Positions 9,453-18,491 of a stretch of 32,000 nt of DNA are shown piece by piece; positions within the stretch are counted from its first letter, which is position 1, and the number at the start of each line of letters is the position of its first letter. The stretch is from positions 870,001 through 902,000 of the forward strand of contig NC_013202.1 of assembly GCF_000023965.1 (NCBI RefSeq), in the 5' to 3' direction. The translations under genes were made by a program, and so were the position numbers. The notes beneath the pieces were generated by a model. It was not told where the DNA came from. It did not search any database and saw only the letters and a list, made by a program, of their open reading frames with translations. Source of the DNA: Halomicrobium mukohataei DSM 12286 (GTDB lineage Archaea > Halobacteriota > Halobacteria > Halobacteriales > Haloarculaceae).

Positions 9453-9932
9453 TCACCTCGACACGTCTGTCGTCTCCGCGACGACGGGCACCCGCTCGTG
9501 GCCGGCCGCGCCCAGCAGCGCGATCGTCCGCGCGGTCAGGAGCGTCCCCACGGAGACGGTCTCGCGGCCGCCAAGCGTCGTCGCCGAGAGGACGTTCTTG
9601 CCGGGGACCACCGGCTCTCTGAGCGCCACGTCGTCGTTTCGACGACTGGCGTCGTCCGTCTGGACGACCGCGTCCGTGGTCGGGGGAAGCGGTGCGCCCG
9701 CGGCGACCGCGACGGCAGTCCGCAACGGCGTCTCGGCCGGCGGCTCGTCGTGAGGAGCGAGGTCTGCGACCACGTCCATGACCACCGGGGCCGCCCGCCG
9801 CGTGTCCTCGACCTCGACGGCCGCGACGGCGTAGCCCGCGACGCGAGCGCGGTCGTACTCCGGGGTGGCGGCCGGGCGGTCCTCGGCCAGGACCGCGCCG
9901 CGGGCGTCGGCGAGGGAGACCTCGTGGCTCAC
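9453..9932 (-). CDS. Stand-alone MoeA N-terminal (domains I/II)-like protein
   Basis: GTG start. It aligns by eye to the E. coli MoeA N-terminus: [11 protein letters not shown] ~ [21 protein letters not shown] ~ [25 protein letters not shown] ~ [33 protein letters not shown] ~ TTAELPVIASLGIAEVPV. It ends after ~159 aa with no MoCF_biosynth or MoeA_C domain. Confidence 0.6.
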   Translation of the reverse strand: MSHEVSLADARGAVLAEDRPAATPEYDRARVAGYAVAAVEVEDTRRAAPVVMDVVADLAPHDEPPAETPLRTAVAVAAGAPLPPTTDAVVQTDDASRRNDDVALREPVVPGKNVLSATTLGGRETVSVGTLLTARTIALLGAAGHERVPVVAETTDVSR

Positions 9933-9957
9933 GTGTCGAACGTCGCCGTCCGGGCGC

Positions 9958-10505
9958 TCATCGACCCGCCAGCCCGACGACGTGGCCGATCTCGGGCAGG
10001 AGCACGTCCTCGACGCCCAGCGCGATCGCGTCCGGGCTCCCGGGGAAGGCGTAGACGGCGGTCTCGCCGACGATCCCCGCGGTCGCGCGGGTCAACATTG
10101 CGGCGGTGCCGACCTGCTCGTGGCTCAGCCGCCGGAAGTACTCGCCGATACCGGGGATTTCGGGGTCCAACAGCGGCCGGACCGCCTCGATGGTCACGTC
10201 GTCGGGCGTCAGTCCCGTCCCGCCGGTGGTGACGATCACGTCGACCGTCGCTCCGCCGGCGCGCTCGCCCGCCAGCGTCTCGACGCGCTCGCGGATGGCC
10301 GCCGCGTCGTCCGCGACAACGTCGGTGACGGCGACGCGGTGGCCGGCATCCTCGATCGCCGCGCTCGCGACCGGCCCGCTCTCGTCCTCGTCGCTCGACC
10401 GAGAGGAAGAGATCGTCAGCACGGCGAACGCGAGGGTCTCGTCGGTGCCGTGGTGATGGTGGTGGCCGTGCTCGCCGTCGCCGTGATCGTGGCCGTGCTC
10501 GTCGC

Positions 10506-10509
<4 letters not shown>
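9958..10509 (-). CDS. moaB: Molybdenum cofactor biosynthesis protein MoaB/MogA-type (MoCF_biosynth domain) with a His-rich N-terminal extension
   Basis: Internal ATG at 10509 of track ORF 9958..10755, overlapping the moaC stop (ATGA). DVIVTTGGTGLTPDDVT and GIVGETAVYAFPGSP are MoaB/MogA signatures. The N-terminus is MSDEHGHDHGDGEHGHHHHHG. Confidence 0.8.
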
Positions 10510-10976
<467 letters not shown>

Positions 10977-11070
10977 ACCGCCCGCAACGGCCGGGGCCTA
11001 CAAACCGCTTTGTGCTTCTGTCGTTGGTCGTGTGGAAAAATCGAAGGTGGACTCGACCACTGGCTCATTC

Positions 11071-11280
11071 TCACGTCTGCGTGACAACGGTGTCCGTTTT
11101 CTTCCCGATAATCTTCACCGAAAACACGCGTTCTCGGGGAACGAGCTCGTAGACATCCCGACCGTCTTTTTCTCCCCTTTTGACCCTCCAGTGTTGGGTC
11201 TCGTCGTTGTATTCTATCTCGGAGCTATCGACATGTAGTTCCTGAACGCCGTCCGGAGTCTCGTATCTGATCGCAGGCAT
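11071..11280 (-). CDS. Small (69 aa) hypothetical protein in a locally AT-richer island
   Basis: ATG start and clean ORF. Codon usage and GC content are visibly different from the neighbours. No Cys and no recognisable motif. Confidence 0.45.
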   Translation of the reverse strand: MPAIRYETPDGVQELHVDSSEIEYNDETQHWRVKRGEKDGRDVYELVPRERVFSVKIIGKKTDTVVTQT

Positions 11281-11477
11281 ATCTTCACTTCGGATCGGAC
11301 GGGTTTATCTCTGTGTCACGTCGGCTTGTCTGGGTGAACACGTCCCACAGAGGGAATCGGCGACCGTGTCGAGGGTTTTGGATGCTCGAACCCGTTTACA
11401 GTCACAAGTGCTACCGGTCGTTCCCGACGAGTGAGAGCCTGGGCAACGTATAGGTAGCTCGGGCAGCCAGTTCCGGT

Positions 11478-12302
11478 ATGCACGTTCTGGGAGTCGCCGG
11501 CCCGTCGGACGCGGGGAAGACGACCCTCGTCGAGCGGGTCTGCGAGCGGTTGGCCGAGCGGGGCCGCGTCGCGACGATCAAGCACTGCACGCACGCGCCC
11601 GACGTGGACACCGAGGGCAAGGACACGGCGCGCCACCGGGCGGCCGGAGCGGCAGTGAGCTACGGTCTCGCCGACGACGCGTGGTTCGCGACGGGCGAGG
11701 ATCGGGGCCTCGACGAGACGCTCGACGAACTCGCGCGGTCGTACGACTACGCCGTCGTCGAGGGGTACTCCGGGGCGCGGATTCCGACGGTGGCGCTTGG
11801 CGGGCGCGACCACGCCGGGCGACGGCTCGCGGCGGGCGAGACCGCGAGCGACGTCGACGCGGCGGCGCTGGTCGAGGCGCTCCACGACTGCGAGCCCTAC
11901 GAGACGCTGGGCTCGCTCGTGGCACGGGTCAAAGCGTCGAGCGACAGCGACCGTGCCGGTGCGATCGCGACGTTTACCGGACGGGTCCGCGAGCGCGACG
12001 ACCACGACGACACGCCGACGGAGTACCTGGAGTTCGAGAAGTACGAGGGCGTCGCCGAGGAGAAACTGGCGACCATCCGCGACGACCTCTGTGCGCGCGA
12101 TGGCGTCTTCGAGGTCGCGCTGCACCACCGCACCGGCGTCGTCGAAGCCGGCGAAGACATCGTCTTCGTCGCCGTGCTTGCGGGCCATCGCCGCGAGGCG
12201 TTCCGAGCGGTGGAGGACGGGATAGACCGCCTCAAGGACGAGGTCCCGCTGTTCAAGAAGGAAGTGACCGTCGAAGACGCCGTCTGGGCGCACGAGCGGT
12301 AA
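11478..12302 (+). CDS. MobB (P-loop GTPase) fused to MoaE (molybdopterin synthase catalytic subunit)
   Basis: The N-half is MHVLGVAGPSDAGKTTLVERV...ATIKH (MobB Walker A). The C-half is IATFTGRVRE...EYLEFEKYEGVAEEKL...HHRTGVVEAGEDIVFVAVLAGHRREAF...DRLKDEVPLFKKE (MoaE). Confidence 0.75.
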   Translation: MHVLGVAGPSDAGKTTLVERVCERLAERGRVATIKHCTHAPDVDTEGKDTARHRAAGAAVSYGLADDAWFATGEDRGLDETLDELARSYDYAVVEGYSGARIPTVALGGRDHAGRRLAAGETASDVDAAALVEALHDCEPYETLGSLVARVKASSDSDRAGAIATFTGRVRERDDHDDTPTEYLEFEKYEGVAEEKLATIRDDLCARDGVFEVALHHRTGVVEAGEDIVFVAVLAGHRREAFRAVEDGIDRLKDEVPLFKKEVTVEDAVWAHER

Positions 12303-12304
12303 TA

Positions 12305-12940
12305 CTACAGCAGATCGCTGGCCGTCGTGTCCTCTGCCACGTCGGTGTCGAGGTCGATGTCCTGAATCATCGCCACGAGGTCTTCGAGCTGGGGGAAGGT
12401 GTACACCGTCATGTCGATGTCCGCTCCCTCGGCGACGATGTGTGAGTCGACGACGAAGACGAGGTCGGAGTCGGGCCAGCCGCCCATCGAGTCGATGATC
12501 GTCGCCGTGTCGTCGACCAGCAGGCTCGGGGTCGTCATGTCGATGGTCGCGTCGAGGACGTTCGCCCACCCGTCGATGAAGCCGCTGGTCATGATGTTGC
12601 CGATCTCCTGGAGCGCCGACTCTTCCATCTCGGAGAACCCCTCGTCGGCCCCCTGGATACCGCCCATCATCTGTCCCGCCAGGCGCTTGCCGTGGTCGGG
12701 ATCGAGGACGAACAGCACGTACCCGCCGGGAGCCTCGGTCAACTCGACGTAGATGCCGATTCGCTCGTCGTTTCCGAGGTGGGTCTTGACGTCGCCGATG
12801 TCGAGAAAGTTGATCTGAGAGGTCCGCACCGAGGCGTCGACACCGGTCAGTTGCGAGAGGTGATCGGCGACGGTGTCCGATCCCTCCTTGGCCATCTTGT
12901 TGAAGAGGTCGAGTTTCCGCACGTCGACTTGCAGGCTCAT
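12305..12940 (-). CDS. CheC-family (CheY-P phosphatase-like) protein
   Basis: The full (D/S)xxxExxN-x22-P active-site motif is present once: S108-ALQ-E112-IG-N115...P138 (nt 12527-12619). The N-terminal half (KMAKEGSDTVADHLSQL) has the fold-like sequence but lacks the E/N pair. Confidence 0.7.
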   Translation of the reverse strand: MSLQVDVRKLDLFNKMAKEGSDTVADHLSQLTGVDASVRTSQINFLDIGDVKTHLGNDERIGIYVELTEAPGGYVLFVLDPDHGKRLAGQMMGGIQGADEGFSEMEESALQEIGNIMTSGFIDGWANVLDATIDMTTPSLLVDDTATIIDSMGGWPDSDLVFVVDSHIVAEGADIDMTVYTFPQLEDLVAMIQDIDLDTDVAEDTTASDLL

Positions 12941-13071
12941 ACGCTCGAATCGGGAGCCACTCGCTTAATCGCACCGCCGGGATTTCAGCGTCTGATACTC
13001 GGAGCCACCCGTCGTCGCGAGGACGGCACGCCGGTCGAACAGCGCGACGCCGGCGGCGTCGCGGACCGACG

Positions 13072-13527
13072 TTACTCCCCCTCGACGCGAAACTGTCCGT
13101 ACTCCGTGACCGTGTTGAGCACGACAGACGTTTCGACGGCGGTGATGTCGTCGTCTGTCATCAGCTCCTTGATCCGTGCGTTCATCGCCGCGGTGTCCGT
13201 GAACTTCCCGATCGCGACCACGTCGTGGCTCCCGGTCACCTCGTAGACGCCGATCATCTGCTCGGCGTCGCCGAGTCGCTCCGGGACGCCGGGCAGTCCG
13301 TCTCCGTCGATCGTCAGCTGGAAGACGGCCGTCACGTCGTAGCCGAGCGACTCGTAGTCGATACGGGGCTCGTACCCCTCGATAACGCCGCGGGTTTCGA
13401 GCTGGTCGATCCGCTGGGAGACGGTCGGCTCCGCGATCCCGGTCGCCCCGGAGATGTCGCGGGGGCTGGCGCGGCCGTCCGCCAAGAGGGCGTTGACGAT
13501 CCGGCGCTCGGTGTCGTCGACGTTCAT
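13072..13527 (-). CDS. Lrp/AsnC family transcriptional regulator
   Basis: The HTH is RRIVNALLADGRASPRDISGATGIAEPTVSQRIDQLETRGVIEGY, followed by a RAM/AsnC_trans_reg C-domain. The track start 13560 would overlap glnK by 26 nt; the ATG at 13527 (MNVDDTE...) lies 7 nt after the glnK stop and is preferred. Confidence 0.8.
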   Translation of the reverse strand: MNVDDTERRIVNALLADGRASPRDISGATGIAEPTVSQRIDQLETRGVIEGYEPRIDYESLGYDVTAVFQLTIDGDGLPGVPERLGDAEQMIGVYEVTGSHDVVAIGKFTDTAAMNARIKELMTDDDITAVETSVVLNTVTEYGQFRVEGE

Positions 13528-13534
13528 CGAGCGA

Positions 13535-13885
13535 TCAGACGGCGTCCGGTCCGCGTTCACCCGTCCGGACCTGGACTGCGTCCTCCACGTCGATCACGAA
13601 GATCTTCCCGTCGCCGGGCTCGCCGGTGTGTGCGCCTTCCTGGATCGCATCGACCACGTCGTCGGCCGGGATGTCGGCGACGACACACTCGATTTTGACT
13701 TTCTGGTGGAGATCGACGACGTACTCCTCGCCGCGCCACTGGCCTTTCTTGGCCGGCTGTGAACCGCGGCCGGAGACGTTCGTCACCGTCAGCGACGGCG
13801 CGCCCACTTCCGCCAGCGACTCCTTGACGTCGCCGAGCTTGTCCGGCCGCACCATCGCGACGACCATCTTGATCTCGTCAGTCAT
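13535..13885 (-). CDS. glnK: P-II nitrogen regulatory protein (GlnK)
   Basis: [37 protein letters not shown]...[10 protein letters not shown]...KIECVV...[11 protein letters not shown] is the P-II consensus. Its start overlaps the amt stop by 8 nt. Confidence 0.9.
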   Translation of the reverse strand: MTDEIKMVVAMVRPDKLGDVKESLAEVGAPSLTVTNVSGRGSQPAKKGQWRGEEYVVDLHQKVKIECVVADIPADDVVDAIQEGAHTGEPGDGKIFVIDVEDAVQVRTGERGPDAV

Positions 13886-15203
13886 CGTTGGTCACCTCCG
13901 TGAAGTTCGCAGTACCACCGTCGGCGACGACGCCCTCGCCGCTGCCGAACTCGGGGTAGGTCTCGACGCCGTGCTCCGAGACGTCCAGGCCTTCCTGTTC
14001 GTGCTCGGGCGTGACGCGTGCCTGTCCGACCGCCTTGAGAGCGCCCCAGATGAGGCCGGTCGCGGCGACCGTCCAGACCGTGATGATCGCGACGCCGATC
14101 AGCTGCGTGACGAAGCCGTCGATCATGAAGCCGACGTTGGCACCGCCGGCCCAGGCGTCGACCGCGACGAAGGAGTACAGCAGGGTCCCGAGGACGCCCG
14201 CGCTCCCGTGGACCGGGAAGACTGCACATACGTCGTCGATCTGGAGGCGTTTCTCGACGAAGTTGAAGACGATCGGCAGCTGCGCGCCGGCGAGGCCACC
14301 GACGAGGAACGCACCCCACCAGGTCGTCGTGTTGGGAATCGCGGTGATGCCGACCAGGCCGGCGAGGAGACCGTTGGCGACGTACAGCGTGTCGACTTTG
14401 CTGGTCTTGACCCAGGAGATCAGACCGGCACCGATGGCCCCGCTGGCCATGGCGATCGTCGTCGTCATCGCGACACGCCCGACGTACGAGAAGTCGCCGA
14501 GCGCGATCGCGCCCTCTTCGATGCTGAAGACGGTCGCGGCGGTGCCGACGTTGAAGCCGTACCAGCCGAACGCGAGGATCAGCGTCCCCAGCACGGCGAA
14601 GGTCATCGAGTGGCCGGGGATGACGTTCGCGCTGCCGTCCTCGTTGTACCGGCCCATGCGCGGGCCGAGCACGTAGGCCGCCGTCAGACCGGCGATACCG
14701 CCCATCCCGTGGACGACCATGCCGCCGGCGAAGTCAGCGAAGCCCAGGCCGGCGAGCAGACCGCCGTCGTACCACGACATCCCGCTGACGACCGGGTAGA
14801 TCACTGCGGCGATCAGGACCGTGTACGTGATGTACGCCCGGAGCTTCGCGCGACCGGCGACGGCCCCGGAGACGATCGTCGCCGCCGTCATCGCGAAGAC
14901 GGCCCCGAACAGCCACGTCACCCAGCCCGACGAGCTACCGTTCATCTGCCAGGAGAGCCCAGCACCGCCGACCAGTCCCTCGACGGTCGCCCCGACGAGG
15001 AAAAACAGCGCGACGCCGACACTCCAGGTCAGGAGGTTCTTCGTCAGCTGGTTCGCGACGTTCTTGGAACGGACCTGGCCGGCCTCCAGCATCGCGAAGC
15101 CCGCGTGCATGAAGAAGATCAGGAACGTTACCACCAGTACCCACAGGAGGTTGACTCCCTCGACAATCGATTCTGGGTTCGACTGTAGTAGTTCGTACGT
15201 CAT
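13878..15203 (-). CDS. amt: Ammonium transporter (Amt family)
   Basis: [33 protein letters not shown] and [15 protein letters not shown] are Amt/MEP signature blocks. 441 aa, about 11 TM segments. Confidence 0.9.
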   Translation of the reverse strand: MTYELLQSNPESIVEGVNLLWVLVVTFLIFFMHAGFAMLEAGQVRSKNVANQLTKNLLTWSVGVALFFLVGATVEGLVGGAGLSWQMNGSSSGWVTWLFGAVFAMTAATIVSGAVAGRAKLRAYITYTVLIAAVIYPVVSGMSWYDGGLLAGLGFADFAGGMVVHGMGGIAGLTAAYVLGPRMGRYNEDGSANVIPGHSMTFAVLGTLILAFGWYGFNVGTAATVFSIEEGAIALGDFSYVGRVAMTTTIAMASGAIGAGLISWVKTSKVDTLYVANGLLAGLVGITAIPNTTTWWGAFLVGGLAGAQLPIVFNFVEKRLQIDDVCAVFPVHGSAGVLGTLLYSFVAVDAWAGGANVGFMIDGFVTQLIGVAIITVWTVAATGLIWGALKAVGQARVTPEHEQEGLDVSEHGVETYPEFGSGEGVVADGGTANFTEVTNDD

Positions 15204-15504
15204 TGTTTTGGATCGTGTTTGAATTGCGTCTGAATGTCCATCTTTATCTCCACAGCGCCCGTCATCGTCAACTTGCTCACGGAAGTGGTCTTGCCGTAGC
15301 CCTACATAAGGATTTGCTTTACAATAACAGAGATAGGAGGGTGTTGCGTAGACGATCGTCCAGATTAAGGTATGATATTATCGATATAAGGTTGTATTCC
15401 GTCCAGAAAATCGCTGCCTGTCCGCCCGGATTTCGAACGTTCGTCAACCGGGCGAACGGCCGATTGCGGTGCTTCGGGGGTATTTCGCTCGCGCGCACCC
15501 ACTG

Positions 15505-15585
15505 ATACGGTTTATTGTAGTTGCGTACCGGTGATCGTCTACTCCGTGGCGACGATCACCGGTAAATCGCTACAATAATCCGTAT
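15505..15585. other. 81-nt imperfect palindrome / long hairpin
   Basis: The outer arms are ATACGGTTTATTGTAG (15505-15520) and CTACAATAATCCGTAT (15570-15585), 15/16 complementary. The inner arms are TACCGGTGATCGTC (15526-15539) and GACGATCACCGGTA (15551-15564), 14/14. There is a 5x5 internal loop and an 11-nt apical loop. It lies 65 nt downstream of the 15651..16925 gene and ~300 nt upstream of amt. Confidence 0.85.
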
Positions 15586-15650
15586 GACAGCAGTGTCGCC
15601 GCGCCGGTCCCCAGTCGTGAGATGGGCGCGTCGGCGCTGCTCGCCCGGGC

Positions 15651-16925
15651 TCACGACCGGGATCGATCGGCCTCGCGGTCGAAGACCGACAGGATCGGCG
15701 TCGTCGCGGGGAGATGCGGGAGCAGGTACTCGTCGTCGGGCAGCTCGACGACGACCGTCTCGGTGCCGAGCAGCCGATCGAGGAGCGTCCGTTCGATCCG
15801 AACGGCCGTCTCGTCCCAGGGCTCGACGCGCCACAGCGAGACGCCGAACAGCCGGTCGTACGCGACGAGGGCGCGCTCGCCCTGCGCGGCGCGGTACTCG
15901 ACTGCGCCGTATCGCAACAGGTGATCGACAGAGACGAGTGTCAGCGGAATCGCGACGCCGAGCGCGACCAGGAGGCCGACGACGAGCCAGGCGCTGCCGA
16001 AGGCAAACAGCGCCGCGACGGCCAGCAGAAAGACACCGAGAAACGCGGCCCCGGGGTGCTGTGGGAGACGCAACGCGCCACCGAAGACGCGACCTGCGAG
16101 TGTGGGTCGAACCCGGTCGGCCGCGGCGGCGGACACGCCCGCGACCGACTGGGGCTCGGGCGGGGCCTGGGACCACCCGTACGCCTCGTCGTACGAGACG
16201 AAGTAGACGGCGAGCCGGTCGCTGTACACGCCAAGGAAGTCAGAGGCGTACTTCAGACCGATAATCGCGATCAGCAGCGCCGGACCGACCGCGGTGGGAT
16301 CGAGCGACCCCAGCGTCGTGTCGGGTCCGGCGCTGACGATGCCGACCATCGAGAGCGTGAACATACCGACGAAGAACACGGTGAAGATGCGAAAGACGAC
16401 ACCGCTGATGGCGGTCTGAGAGTTGTGGTTCCGGTACTCGCCGCGCAGGAAGTAGGTCCGTATCGTCGACACACCGGTGGTACAGAGGATCGCGAGCGTG
16501 GCCAGGGTCACGCTCGCGACCGTGTCGTCGTCGAGTGCCGACGTGCCCAGCGGGCCGACGAGGAAGGCACCGGCGAACAGCCAGACCCCCGCGACGACCA
16601 GTACCGCGATCGGGAGGGTCAGCAGCGTCACGACGTAGATCTGGAGGTCGGTCCACGGAACGTCGAGCGTCGGCCGGCGCTGTGCAACCGCCCCGATCAA
16701 CAGCCCGTCGGTGTCGACCTCGGGCGGTCGGGCGGCAAACAGCGCACGCACGAACGCCCACACCGCGTCGACGCCCAGTTCGAACCAGTAGAGCACGAGG
16801 AGGGCGGCGACGTTCCACTCGAAGGCGACGACGCCGACGACCGGCACGGCGTTGGTGACGGTGATCTCTGCGAGTTCGAGCCGACGACTGTCCGTCGACG
16901 GAACGATCCGGCGGAGGGCGACCAT
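15651..16925 (-). CDS. Polytopic membrane protein with a C-terminal bacterial-PH (bPH_2/YdbT-like) domain; the N-terminal part resembles DUF6498
   Basis: ATG start; at least 8 hydrophobic segments. The C-terminus ...RYGAVEYRAAQGERALVAYDRLFGVSLWRVEPWDETAVRIERTLLDRLLGTETVVVE looks like a membrane-flanked PH domain. Family names are from memory. Confidence 0.6.
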   Translation of the reverse strand: MVALRRIVPSTDSRRLELAEITVTNAVPVVGVVAFEWNVAALLVLYWFELGVDAVWAFVRALFAARPPEVDTDGLLIGAVAQRRPTLDVPWTDLQIYVVTLLTLPIAVLVVAGVWLFAGAFLVGPLGTSALDDDTVASVTLATLAILCTTGVSTIRTYFLRGEYRNHNSQTAISGVVFRIFTVFFVGMFTLSMVGIVSAGPDTTLGSLDPTAVGPALLIAIIGLKYASDFLGVYSDRLAVYFVSYDEAYGWSQAPPEPQSVAGVSAAAADRVRPTLAGRVFGGALRLPQHPGAAFLGVFLLAVAALFAFGSAWLVVGLLVALGVAIPLTLVSVDHLLRYGAVEYRAAQGERALVAYDRLFGVSLWRVEPWDETAVRIERTLLDRLLGTETVVVELPDDEYLLPHLPATTPILSVFDREADRSRS

Positions 16926-17046
16926 CTACGCGTCGGTAGCGACGCTCGACAGATGAATGGCCCGGTAGTCCACCGTCCGATCTGGAGCCACGCCGTGTCA
17001 CAATAGCGAGAGCTGGCGAGTGTGGCGACCACACCGCTGGGCAGCC

Positions 17047-18027
17047 TCAGAGGCGCTGGGCGATGTCCTCGGCGAAGTACGTCAGAATGAGGTCCGCGCC
17101 GGCCCGCTTGATCGAGAGCAGCGACTCACGGGCGACCGCGTCGAGGTCGAGCCACCCCTTCTCGCTGGCGGCGTGCAACATCGCGTACTCGCCGCTGACG
17201 TTGTAGGCGGCGACGGGGTGGTCGTACTCGCGGCGAATCGCGCTCACGATATCGAGGTAGGGCAGCGCGGGCTTGACCATCAGCACGTCCGCGCCCTGCT
17301 CTACGTCGAGGGCGACCTCCCGCATGGCCTCGCGGCCGTTCGCGGGGTCCATCTGGTAGTGTCGCCGGTCGCCGAAGGCGGGTGCGCCGTCGGCGGCGTC
17401 GCGGAAGGGACCGTAGAAGGCCGACTCGTACTTGGCCGCGTAGCTCATGATCGGCACGTCCGAGAAGCCGTCGTCGTCGAGCGCCTCGCGGATCGCCCCG
17501 ACCATCCCGTCGGTCATGCTGGAGGGTGCGACCATGTCCGCCCCCGCGCGAGCGTGCGAGACCGCCGTCTTCGAGAGCAGTTCCAGGGTCGGGTCGTTGC
17601 GGACCGTCAGCGTCGGGTCGTCGGCCGCACCGTCCTCGACGATTCCGCAGTGGCCGTGACTGGTGTACTCACAGAGGCACACGTCCGTGATGACGTAGGC
17701 GTCGGTCTCGTCGGTGATCGACCGGACCGCGCGCTGGACGACGCCGTCGGTCGCCCAGGCTCGCGAGCCGCGTTCGTCCTTTGCCTCGGGGACGCCGAAG
17801 ACGATCACCGCCTCGACGCCGGTCGCCAGCACCTCCTCGACGCGGTCGACGGCCGCCTCGACCGGGACGCGTTCGTGACCCGGCATCGTCTCGATGGGCA
17901 CTCGCTCGTCGGTGGTGGCGTCGACGAAGATCGGCGCGATCAGGTCCGCTGGCGAGAGGGCCGTCTCGCTGACCAGCCCGCGGACGCCGTCGGTCCGGAG
18001 CCGGCGCGGTCGGCGTGTCGGTTGCAT
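17047..18027 (-). CDS. hemB: Porphobilinogen synthase (delta-aminolevulinate dehydratase)
   Basis: RPRRLR...LIAPIFV..., [46 protein letters not shown] and [11 protein letters not shown] are the HemB consensus. Confidence 0.9.
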   Translation of the reverse strand: MQPTRRPRRLRTDGVRGLVSETALSPADLIAPIFVDATTDERVPIETMPGHERVPVEAAVDRVEEVLATGVEAVIVFGVPEAKDERGSRAWATDGVVQRAVRSITDETDAYVITDVCLCEYTSHGHCGIVEDGAADDPTLTVRNDPTLELLSKTAVSHARAGADMVAPSSMTDGMVGAIREALDDDGFSDVPIMSYAAKYESAFYGPFRDAADGAPAFGDRRHYQMDPANGREAMREVALDVEQGADVLMVKPALPYLDIVSAIRREYDHPVAAYNVSGEYAMLHAASEKGWLDLDAVARESLLSIKRAGADLILTYFAEDIAQRL

Positions 18028-18140
18028 ACGACAGTCTCGGTGGCTCGGCCCAATGAAGTCACCGCTCCCGGTGACCCAGCAGCGCCGGTCCGGCGAGCCC
18101 GTGGCGAACGTTTTCGGTCCCGTCGCCCGAACGGCGAGCT

Positions 18141-18452
18141 ATGGCTGCTGGCACTGTGACCGTCGTGGGTAGCGCGCTCCTGATACTCGCCCTCGGCGTC
18201 CTGATCAGGTTCGGTCGCGTGACGACGCTGATCGCGGGCGTCGGCCCCGACGACAGCCCGGACCCGTCGGTGGTCGATCTCGTCGGCACGTACACGATCC
18301 TCGTCGGACTCGCTACGGGCGCGATGGCCGTCCTGACCTGGACCGGCGACGCGGGCGATCGGCTCTGGATCGCCTACACCGCAGCGATCGTCGCGAGTGC
18401 CGTGGTACTCGTCGGCTGGGTGAACCGCGCGCACCGCGGCATCGGCGGGTAA
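18141..18452 (+). CDS. Small hypothetical membrane protein (3 TM)
   Basis: ATG start; hydrophobic segments VVGSALLILALGVLI, YTILVGLATGAMAVL and AAIVASAVVLVGW. Confidence 0.5.
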   Translation: MAAGTVTVVGSALLILALGVLIRFGRVTTLIAGVGPDDSPDPSVVDLVGTYTILVGLATGAMAVLTWTGDAGDRLWIAYTAAIVASAVVLVGWVNRAHRGIGG

Positions 18453-18491
18453 CAGAAAGCATTTCCACCACAGGATCGTTGCCCCTGTCGA

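Noticed and set aside
8114-9622. 502-aa + strand ORF antisense to hemL
   Set aside because: It has shadow-ORF composition (Arg/Gly/Val/Asp runs). The hemL frame is unambiguous.
9453-9932. The MoeA N-domain ORF as a frameshifted moeA pseudogene
   Set aside because: No MoCF_biosynth or MoeA_C-like sequence follows in any frame before hemL (only ~50 nt). The ORF is intact with a plausible start. It is kept as a stand-alone domain gene, although decay cannot be fully excluded without comparative data.
11316-12974. 552-aa minus-strand ORF spanning the mobB-moaE and cheC regions
   Set aside because: It is Arg/Pro/Gly-rich. It runs antisense to mobB-moaE and out of frame with cheC, both of which have clear family motifs.
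13626-15188. 520-aa + strand ORF antisense to amt
   Set aside because: Shadow ORF. The Amt signature blocks are on the minus strand.
15203-15505. 100-aa + strand ORF in the amt upstream region
   Set aside because: It has a non-ATG track start and an odd composition (Arg/Leu/Tyr). It lies in AT-rich promoter DNA and is most likely non-coding.
15714-17006. 430-aa + strand ORF (and 15584..16264, 16240..17034) opposite the 424-aa membrane protein
   Set aside because: They are Arg/Asp/Gly/Glu-rich without hydrophobic or catalytic motifs. The minus-strand frame gives coherent TM helices with a normal ATG start.
17020-18159. 379-aa + strand ORF antisense to hemB, and the 337-aa minus ORF 17940..18953
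   Set aside because: Shadow ORFs. The hemB, small membrane protein and DedA frames explain the region.
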